Shown here in pieces: positions 9,607 through 16,255 of a stretch of 24,000 nucleotides of DNA (the first letter of the stretch is position 1; every line of letters starts with the position of its first letter). Below the pieces are notes generated by a model that was given only the letters and a program-made list of their open reading frames with translations, made no database searches and was not told where the DNA came from. Where the stretch lies: assembly GCA_963555835.3 (NCBI GenBank), contig CAUVWZ020000002.1:2333450-2357449 (forward strand), in the 5' to 3' direction. Both the position numbers and the translations under genes were made by a program. Origin of the DNA: Terriglobia bacterium. Lineage in GTDB: Bacteria > Acidobacteriota > Terriglobia > UBA7540 > JAPUME01.

Positions 9607-10137
9607 CTATAGCGCAAGAAGAGTAATCACAAGACTGGCTACTCCGATTCCCAAGACAAAAACCCCCCCGGCCAAACTGCTTGATTTTTCGAGCTTTAGG
9701 ACATTGGTTTGGGTCATCGTGGCAGAGGCGCGGAGTTCTTGAAATTGTGCCGTAACTCTCAATTCAAACTTGCCAGCCAGGCCATTCGGTCTAAACTTAC
9801 GGGTAACCGCACGACCATCCCGACGTGTTATGACTTTGGCATATTTCGTTTTCTTGAAGAATCCGCTCGGTCCTGACGAAGGAAGTTCAAACAGGACTTC
9901 GGCCCCAGAGACGGGATGACCGCTGGCATCTTCCACTCGCACAATCAGTCTTTCACCTTTAGATCGGGAAATGACATTGGTAACACCGTCCCCCTGCAGC
10001 ACTACGATTTTCAGACCTTCAGGAAATGCTGCATTAGCGAGACCTATCGCCACGTACATTGAGAAGAACAATAGGCCAATTTTCGTGATGAACCCCGCCC
10101 ACTGAATGGAACTACGGTAGTGTTGGTTCGTAAACAT
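9607..10137 (-). CDS. membrane-anchored bacterial Ig-like (Big_1/invasin-like) domain protein
   Basis: It has an N-terminal signal anchor (ITKIGLLFFSMYVAIGLANA). A beta-rich domain follows (LIVRVEDASGHPVSGAEVLFEL...ITRRDGRAV...FELRVTA), then a C-terminal TM (GGVFVLGIGVASLVITLLAL). ATG 10137 is preceded by GAGGA. The track ORF extends to 10173. Confidence 0.55.
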   Translation of the reverse strand: MFTNQHYRSSIQWAGFITKIGLLFFSMYVAIGLANAAFPEGLKIVVLQGDGVTNVISRSKGERLIVRVEDASGHPVSGAEVLFELPSSGPSGFFKKTKYAKVITRRDGRAVTRKFRPNGLAGKFELRVTAQFQELRASATMTQTNVLKLEKSSSLAGGVFVLGIGVASLVITLLAL

Positions 10138-10176
10138 CGTATCCTCACGAATTGGATTAAAACACTTGCGCACAAC

Positions 10177-10503
10177 TCATTCGCTTGCTGTAGGTTCACT
10201 ACCGCTGGGAAATTCCATCCTCCTGTTAACAGCAGCCGTTCGATTTCCCACACCTCGCCCGCGAAGCGAAATCCCCATTCTCTTTTGCTTCTTGGAACCT
10301 GCTTTCACGGACATGAAGCGGAGCTTTCCCTTGTATCCCTTGGCCTGTGCGGGAGTGAAACGAACTGTTACACTGATTTTCTCACCCCCGTTCAAAACGA
10401 CGGGAAACTCAAGGTCATCTGAGATCGAAAACGACAGACCAGTAACATCGAACGAGGCCAACGTCACGGTTTTCTTTGAGGTATTTTGACCGACATTCCT
10501 CAT
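10177..10503 (-). CDS. beta-sandwich domain ORF (choice-of-anchor D / ASH-like pattern), probably the 3' part of a gene disrupted by the adjacent IS
   Basis: It shows the pattern NVGQNTSKKTVTL..FDVTG.SFSIS....FPVVLNGGEKISVTVRFTP...G.YKGKLRF......ISLRGRGV. There is no SD before ATG 10503. The same frame stays open upstream to about 10575 (..RSFTTGKPEELISEVD-M). Confidence 0.45.
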   Translation of the reverse strand: MRNVGQNTSKKTVTLASFDVTGLSFSISDDLEFPVVLNGGEKISVTVRFTPAQAKGYKGKLRFMSVKAGSKKQKRMGISLRGRGVGNRTAAVNRRMEFPSGSEPTASE

Positions 10504-10547
10504 ATCAACTTCGGATATGAGTTCCTCTGGTTTCCCCGTGGTGAATG

Positions 10548-12113
10548 ATCGAATTCTATCACTACCCCAACATTGAAGTCAGCGTTTTTCCCCATATTTC
10601 GGCTGAAAAGGGCCTCTGCTCCCTGGACTATGAAGGTGCTGTCAAAAAATCCGATTATTTGAGACACCTCTCCAGCCGCTTGATCAGAAACACTTGGCGC
10701 TAGGCTGTCATCCATCTCAAGCGGTCAAGCCGAGACAACATCTCGGCCCATATCTCCTTGCTTACCGCGACCTCCGCCATTTGAAACGTGACGATCCGGC
10801 TGTGCCGAACCACCTTCGCTCCGATCTTGATCAACTTGGTCAATAGGGTGCGAAGTGACCAGTGTTTGACGCTTCTAGGAAGGACCAGACGCCGCAGGAA
10901 GTTGCCCAGGTTGTAGGCCAAGACAAACAACCCCAGCCTCACCTGGTTCGGGACAAAATGTTTGCAGGAGAGTCGTGTCCAGTTTAAGGCATACTTGCCT
11001 TCCTTGATCCACTGCTCTGCGGTACCGCGCCCGTTGTAGAAGTGAACCACACCTGGAGCTTGTGCGCTCATATTGGTCACAATGAAACCCACTCTCGGAA
11101 AGAGTTCGCCGCGATGCCACTCCACCTTGGCAATCACCCGGCGAGGCCGGTCCCAACTGGCTGCTTGATATCTGAAATCGGCAAACCAGGCGATGGGCTT
11201 TCGAGGCGGACGACCCGCAGGCCGGGTCAGCAGGTGTCGAATCTCGGCCTGAAGCACCTCGTTAGCGGGAAGCCGGATGGCATACAAAAATCCCTTCTCC
11301 TCCAAGTATTCATAAATGTCCGGCTTGGCGAAGGCGGCATCACCCCGAAAGTATTTGCGGACTTTCTTTTTCTCGTACCGAGCAACGATTGGTTCTAGCA
11401 GATCCTTCCAACGATCCGCGCTGTGAACGTTGCCGGGCCGAAGCATGGAACCTTCGCAATCTCCGAACTGGTTGAAGCAAAATAGGGGATGGTAGCAGGT
11501 GCATCCGAAATGGCCGTTGTAGGCAGAGGCTTCTTGCTCGCCATGGACAGGACTTTCTGAACTGTCTATATCCAAAATGATTCGTCGATGAGTTGTTTTC
11601 TCCAGCGCTCTTTCCACCCATCGGCCATTGACTTCCGAAAGGGCTTTGAGGTTGTCTTGGACGGACAGCATCTGGGTCTCAAATCGACCCATGGTGTTGG
11701 CGCTGGCGGCATTCTTTTCGTCGATCTTCTTTCCGGTGATCCTCCGCATAGTCGGATCAACCGATAAACGATTGGCATCGTTGACATCTTCATAACCAGC
11801 GAGGCGGCTGTATACCGATTGGCGCAGCAAGGCCGTGATGTCGTGCTGGATGTTGCGCCCTGTCCGGGAATCGTAAAGAACGGAGGGGACACTATCGAAT
11901 AAAGCCAACGCCTCGTCCAAATCACGATAGGCGAGAAGTCCGGCATCCGATGTGACCTTAGCCCCATGAAACTCAAGCCTTATACTGCCATCAAACCCGA
12001 CCTTCAAACCTTCACCCTTGGAGTTGGCCATTTCTTACCCCATTTAATAGATTATATCTGCTGTAATTATAATGGGTTAGGGTGATATAAGAAGGCACGA
12101 TGAGTGTCCCATA
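10548..12113 (-). mobile_element. IS1380-family insertion sequence; ends not resolved
   Basis: A single transposase ORF flanked by disrupted-looking ORFs. Boundary model A uses the 9-nt direct repeat TGGTGAATG at 10539-10547 and 12114-12122, giving an IS of 10548-12113. Boundary model B uses imperfect terminal inverted repeats, TTCTATCAC (10554-10562) and GTGATATAA (12082-12090), flanked by GAA, giving an IS of 10554-12090. Neither model is statistically compelling by eye. Confidence 0.5.
10700..12031 (-). CDS. IS1380-family (IS4-related) DDE transposase
   Basis: 443 aa. The N-terminus (FHGAKVTSDAGLLAYRDLDEAL...LRQSVYSRLAGYEDVNDANRL..DP) and the C-terminal Y..RG..E..IKE.K signature (FYNGRGTAEQWIKEGK...LAYNL) match IS1380-type transposases. 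Confidence 0.85.
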   Translation of the reverse strand: MANSKGEGLKVGFDGSIRLEFHGAKVTSDAGLLAYRDLDEALALFDSVPSVLYDSRTGRNIQHDITALLRQSVYSRLAGYEDVNDANRLSVDPTMRRITGKKIDEKNAASANTMGRFETQMLSVQDNLKALSEVNGRWVERALEKTTHRRIILDIDSSESPVHGEQEASAYNGHFGCTCYHPLFCFNQFGDCEGSMLRPGNVHSADRWKDLLEPIVARYEKKKVRKYFRGDAAFAKPDIYEYLEEKGFLYAIRLPANEVLQAEIRHLLTRPAGRPPRKPIAWFADFRYQAASWDRPRRVIAKVEWHRGELFPRVGFIVTNMSAQAPGVVHFYNGRGTAEQWIKEGKYALNWTRLSCKHFVPNQVRLGLFVLAYNLGNFLRRLVLPRSVKHWSLRTLLTKLIKIGAKVVRHSRIVTFQMAEVAVSKEIWAEMLSRLDRLRWMTA

Positions 12114-13081
12114 TGGTGAATGGGGGGTAAGTCCTTCTTCGCTCTAGCGTCGTCGAGCTGAAAGGGGTTCCACACCTTATGAGGACTGTTTCCGGACACC
12201 TTGATGCTGGGCGACACCATAATGTGATCAATCAGAACATTGACATAGGTTTCCGTTACCCGATCCTTGAACCGGGCCGAAGAGGGCTCCCAACCATAAT
12301 TCTTCCATTTTGGCCGCCCTGCATGGTTGCGCAGCACGCGCCCGGGCTTGAATAGGTCGCCCATGATGATTTCCACAGCGCTGCGAGCGAATTGGTACTC
12401 GTATGAGTCCATGCCAGGTCCATCGTTCATGTCGCCCATCACGACGACCTGCCGACCTTTATCGAGCCACTCATCCACACGGCGCCGGATCCATTCGCAT
12501 TCAGCGTAGAGTTTGCGGCGGTTGCGCTGATTTTCGCGCTCCCAGCGCAAGAAATCCACGGGGGCGAAGATCCCCTTGGACTTCGGATGTGCGAGGATGA
12601 GGTAGAAGCTCCGGTTGGTTCCCTTAATCTTGACTCTTGCCTCAAGCGGCGGCCGGTAGAATTTGTAGACCTCTTTAATCCTGTCATCATCGGTGTCGTA
12701 CAGGAACTGCCCGTTAAAGCGGGGGTTGCTCTTACTAGTTGTCTTGCCGCCGGGTGCATGCTGCGCGCTGAGCTTGTTCGGGTCATAGAGCAAAGCAAGC
12801 TCCTGCCGGCCCCCGGAGATGAAGCCGGTTAACACCTTTGTCGTTCGCAGTTGGGCCCACTGAGCAAAGTTCTCCAGGCACTCGACAGTAGACTGCGACC
12901 CGGTAGTGGTGGTTGTATTCGGTGCCTCGACGATCCCAATCAGGTCAGCATTGACCATCTGAAGCACGTCGCGGATGGCTTCCTGGCGCGGTCGGGAATC
13001 TGCGTCAGTCTTGAGCGTGTTGCTCTTCGTGAACAGGTCGTCAAACCACTCGATATTGTACGAGCAAAGACGAAGTGCCAA
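12077..13081 (-). CDS. endonuclease/exonuclease/phosphatase (EEP) family protein; the 3' end is probably altered by the IS insertion
   Basis: TTG start preceded by GGGAGGGG. EEP motifs LRLCSYNIEWF, IGIVEAP, VVVMGDMNDGPG and LIDHIMVSPSI are present. No clear terminal SDH.P motif was recognised, and the last codons lie in or next to the IS end. There is no signal peptide. Confidence 0.8.
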   Translation of the reverse strand: MALRLCSYNIEWFDDLFTKSNTLKTDADSRPRQEAIRDVLQMVNADLIGIVEAPNTTTTTGSQSTVECLENFAQWAQLRTTKVLTGFISGGRQELALLYDPNKLSAQHAPGGKTTSKSNPRFNGQFLYDTDDDRIKEVYKFYRPPLEARVKIKGTNRSFYLILAHPKSKGIFAPVDFLRWERENQRNRRKLYAECEWIRRRVDEWLDKGRQVVVMGDMNDGPGMDSYEYQFARSAVEIIMGDLFKPGRVLRNHAGRPKWKNYGWEPSSARFKDRVTETYVNVLIDHIMVSPSIKVSGNSPHKVWNPFQLDDARAKKDLPPIHHMGHSSCLLISP

Positions 13082-13281
13082 TTCCCCTCCCGACTGAGAC
13101 GCTTAACACAATCTTCTACCACGTGTTCAACCTCATTCGCAAGTTCTCCAAGTGTGAAAAAAATGTAGAAAAAACCTTCCTGAAAAGCGCGCTCATTGAA
13201 GGCGACTCCACAATCATCGAAATAACCCCTCAGAAAAAATTTGCCTGGGGCCTTTAATCACTCCACACTACCAAACCCCTT

Positions 13282-13307
13282 GAGGCCATTCCTGGCCTCT
13301 TTTTATT
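13282..13307 (+). terminator. rho-independent terminator, plus-strand orientation
   Basis: GAGGCCA (13282-13288), loop TTCC, TGGCCTC (13293-13299), followed by TTTTTATT. On the minus strand no T-tract follows the hairpin. Confidence 0.6.
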
Positions 13308-13469
13308 ACTGACCACCGGAACTACCATGAGAGAATAGCTTTCGGAGGCGCATGCGACGCTTCAGGGGTGGATTATACGGACCCGAACCCGGTTTTCCGC
13401 ATCATATGCGGATTAATCTAATCATTGTTAGGCCAAGAATTAAGGAACAATACTCACAAGTTTCAGCTA

Positions 13470-13998
13470 TGGATGAACAGGATAAAGCCAAAGATATCCT
13501 CATTCGGCAGTATGCATATTTCCAATACTTGTTCGAACAGGAACAAAATCGCGCCAAGAGTATTGTTAACGGCGCTAAGATTTACATTGCCTTTCTAGTA
13601 TTCATTCTAGGGTCGATATTCCTGAAAGTACTAACCGCAGAGAAACTTATAATCCTCGCTAATTCGGCTGCCGGATCAGTAGCGAAGATCATAGGAATTT
13701 CTTTAGTAATTCTAACCGCTATGATTTTAACTGCTGCAGTCGCGTTTACTGTATTGGTATTAAAGGTATGGTCATACGATAGGTTGTGCGACCCATCGAG
13801 AGGTTCAAAGAAACACTCACAATGAAGAATGAACTGGAGGTGCTTTCAAAGTCTATAAGTGACATTGCAGTCGCAACAAGCAGAAACAATCGTATAAACA
13901 ATATGCGAGCGAGATACCTCACGCTAGGGCTTAAATACTTATTAATAGGGACCTTTCTCTCTATTATCACCACCTTCGTTCTGAGCCTTTTCGGTTAG
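13470..13998 (+). pseudogene. uncharacterised multi-TM protein split into two frames (apparent 1-nt frameshift near 13786-13795)
   Basis: ORF 13352..13825 (likely start MDEQDK at 13470) encodes an amphipathic helix plus TM helices (IYIAFLVFILGSIFLKVL; IIGISLVILTAMILTAAVAFTVLVL). ORF 13786..13998 begins right after an in-frame TAG and continues with a helical linker and a final TM (LKYLLIGTFLSIITTFVLSLFG). Adding one base at the CCC run 13792-13794 reads through as ..SYDRLCDPIERFKETL... Confidence 0.45.
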
Positions 13999-14008
13999 GA
14001 GGAGTACT

Positions 14009-14221
14009 ATGTTTGAATGGATACGTAAATTATTTCGGAATAGACCTTCCCGTTTTGTAACAGACGATTACGAATCAGAGCAGCGAGAACAGCTTCAAAC
14101 TCTTCTACGAGAGCATCCAGATGTATTAAAGGAAATGAAAATGCTTGCTAAGGATTTCGAGGCTCGAAGCCTCAAAGAAGATAAAGGCGGCAGCTCTAGT
14201 AGCCCGATATCATCACCTTGA
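14009..14221 (+). CDS. hypothetical small charged protein (70 aa)
   Basis: A strong SD, AGGAGG (13997-14002), lies 6 nt before ATG 14009 and overlaps the stop of the upstream membrane ORF. The protein is helical and charged with a Ser-rich tail. I recognised no family. Confidence 0.55.
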   Translation: MFEWIRKLFRNRPSRFVTDDYESEQREQLQTLLREHPDVLKEMKMLAKDFEARSLKEDKGGSSSSPISSP

Positions 14222-14354
14222 ATTCTTGCATGGGGAAAACTTGGCCTAACAAGGCCTTCGAGAGTCGACGGCCTGGGTCGCAGGCCGCGCCTCAAGGGCG
14301 GCGTTGGGCATCTTGCGACCCTCCGCGAGCCGAGACTTGAAGGGTTCCCGGTAG

Positions 14355-14690
14355 GCCCAGGGCAACTACGCCGAGGCCGAACCGCTCTACCAGCGCTCGC
14401 TGGCCATCGCGGAGAAAGCCCTCGGGCCGGAGCATCCCAACGTGGCCAACACGCTCAACAACCTGGCATTGCTTTACCAAGCCCAGGGCAGCTACGCCGA
14501 GGCCGAGCCGCTCTACCAGCGCTCACTGGCGATCTGGGAGAAGGCGCTGGGGCCGGACCATCCCGACGTGGCCACAAGTCTGGAGAACTACGGAGAGCTT
14601 CAACGCAAAATGGGGCGCGACGCGGAGGCAGAAAAACTGGAAGCCCGTGCCGAGGCCATCCGCGCCAGGCACGCCCTCGAGAACCCGTAG
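14355..14690 (+). pseudogene. 5'-truncated TPR protein remnant (kinesin-light-chain-type TPR_10/12 repeats)
   Basis: The frame opens immediately after TAG 14352-14354 with AQGNYAEAEPLYQRSLAIAEKALGPEHPNVANTLNNLALLYQAQGSYAEAEPLYQRSLAIWEKALGPDHPDVA.... There is no N-terminal region and no credible start. The two repeat units are also near-identical at the DNA level (126-nt period, 14355 vs 14481). Confidence 0.7.
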
Positions 14691-14801
14691 AAATGAAGTT
14701 TGAGTCGGCTTAGGGCTGGCCGGAAAGCGGCAAGTGAAGCTCCTCGTTTCCCGGCTGGTTTAGGCAGGCCATATGATATTGTTTTTTGATTACTGAACCC
14801 A

Positions 14802-15962
14802 ATGCTAACCACCCTGCTCGTCAAAAAGAAGGCGCTCGAGGCCGGATTCGACCTGGTGGGGATTGCTCCCGCTGATACATTCGATAATGCTCCCGTTGAC
14901 ACCCCCCCTGGCGCGCCGAACGACCTGAAGTTTGCGCGCGAGTGGTGGGAAAAGGGCTACGGGGGCGAGATGCGCTACCTGGCGAACCCGAAACGCTACG
15001 ACCCGAAGCGGGTATTGCCCGATGCACGTTCCCTCATCTCGGTGGCGCTGATCTATAACACCCCTCTCCCCCGCTCGGTTGATGTGGTTCAGGGCAAGGA
15101 CTCGCACGGCTGGGTCTCGCGCTACGCCTGGGGCGAAGATTACCACCGGATTCTCAAGCGCAAGCTCCAGGCTCTGTGCCGCGCGCTCTCAGAGACTGCT
15201 CCCGGGGCCGCATTGCTCCCCTACGTCGATACGGGACCCGTGGTCGAGCGGGCCTTTGCGCGCCTGAGCGGCATCGGCTGGATGGGAAAGAATACCTGCC
15301 TCATCAACACTGGAAAAGGGTCGTGGTTCTTTCTGGGGGCGATTCTGACCGACCTGGACCTCGAGCCCGACACCCCTGCGCCCGACCGCTGCGGCAGTTG
15401 CAGGCGATGCCTCGATGCCTGCCCCACCGACGCCTTCGTCGCCCCCTACGTGATGGATGCCTCGCGCTGTATCTCCTACTTCACCATCGAGCTTCGAGGC
15501 GGAATCCCCGAGCCTTTTCGAGAGTCGATGGGCAACCACGTCTTCGGCTGCGACATCTGCCAGGACGTCTGCCCGTGGAACCGGAAAGCGGCCACTGCAA
15601 GCCCCACTGCAAGCGAGAATGCGTTTCTGCCGCTGCCCCTGAGGGCCGCCGCGCCATCCCCCGACGAGCCTGAAACCCTCTTTCATCCCTCACTCGATAC
15701 GCTCGCGTCCCTGCGCGAGGGGGACTTCAACCGACTGTTCCGTCTCTCTCCCCTGAAGCGTACGAAGTTCCGTGGCTGGCTGCGGAACCTGAGCATTGCC
15801 ATGGGGAACTCGGGCGATCGGAAATTCATCCCCTGGCTCGAGCGGCTGGCGACCGATGAGGATGCGATGCTCGGTGAGCACGCCCGATGGGCGATCGGAC
15901 GGCTGCGACGGACCCCCACATCTAATACCAACGTACTCAGTAAAGTGACCAAAGGGCTTTGA
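14802..15962 (+). CDS. queG: tRNA epoxyqueuosine(34) reductase
   Basis: YAWGEDYH, GWMGKNTCLIN..GSWFFLG, two ferredoxin-type clusters (CGSCRRCLDACP, CDICQDVCPWN), CISYFTIE, and a HEAT-like C-terminus. Confidence 0.9.
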   Translation: MLTTLLVKKKALEAGFDLVGIAPADTFDNAPVDTPPGAPNDLKFAREWWEKGYGGEMRYLANPKRYDPKRVLPDARSLISVALIYNTPLPRSVDVVQGKDSHGWVSRYAWGEDYHRILKRKLQALCRALSETAPGAALLPYVDTGPVVERAFARLSGIGWMGKNTCLINTGKGSWFFLGAILTDLDLEPDTPAPDRCGSCRRCLDACPTDAFVAPYVMDASRCISYFTIELRGGIPEPFRESMGNHVFGCDICQDVCPWNRKAATASPTASENAFLPLPLRAAAPSPDEPETLFHPSLDTLASLREGDFNRLFRLSPLKRTKFRGWLRNLSIAMGNSGDRKFIPWLERLATDEDAMLGEHARWAIGRLRRTPTSNTNVLSKVTKGL

Positions 15963-16023
15963 TAGGCTAAGCTCCGTGCAGGAGGGTTCCAAGTTTATCT
16001 TGCATCCACTCTTCGGGTGGGTG

Positions 16024-16058
16024 CCCCATCCTTGTGAAACAAGGGTGGGGTATTTTTT
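16024..16058 (+). terminator. queG intrinsic terminator formed by a REP-like hairpin
   Basis: CCCCATCCTTG (16024-16034), loop TGAAA, CAAGGGTGGGG (16040-16050). That gives 11 bp with one G-U pair, followed by TATTTTTT. Confidence 0.7.
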
Positions 16059-16121
16059 GTAAGCTGGGATTCAACAGGGGTCGAAGGGTGGTTCTCCTGT
16101 GCGGAAACCGAACATTCAATC

Positions 16122-16150
16122 CCCCACCCTTTGCGAGGCAAAGGATGGGG
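16122..16150. repeat. second, inverted copy of the REP-like hairpin
   Basis: CCCCACCCTTTG, loop CGAGG, CAAAGGATGGGG. Its reverse complement (GGGTGCCCCATCCTTTG...CAAAGGGTGGGG) matches the arms and left flank of the 16024-16050 element. Confidence 0.55.
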
Positions 16151-16255
16151 CACCCGGCGGCTGCGACGGACCCCCGCAAAAGTCTAGTTCGTCCATTCCC
16201 AATATTCGCGTGACACTCGGCCTCTCGGGTGTTAGATTGCCGCGTCGCAAATCCA

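Noticed and set aside
10500-10715. 71-aa ORF overlapping the transposase stop, with an ATGA overlap to the next ORF
   Set aside because: It straddles the presumed IS end and overlaps the transposase CDS by 16 nt. It is most likely a chimeric read-through of IS and host sequence. Its DHSP peptide comes from the same 9-mer (CATTCACCA) found at the other IS flank.
13352-13469. N-terminal 39 codons of ORF 13352..13825 (MRRFRGGLYGPEPGF...)
   Set aside because: Composition and sequence change sharply at about 13400. The stretch contains the palindrome and likely promoter region. MDEQDK (13470) is the more plausible start, although it lacks a clear SD.
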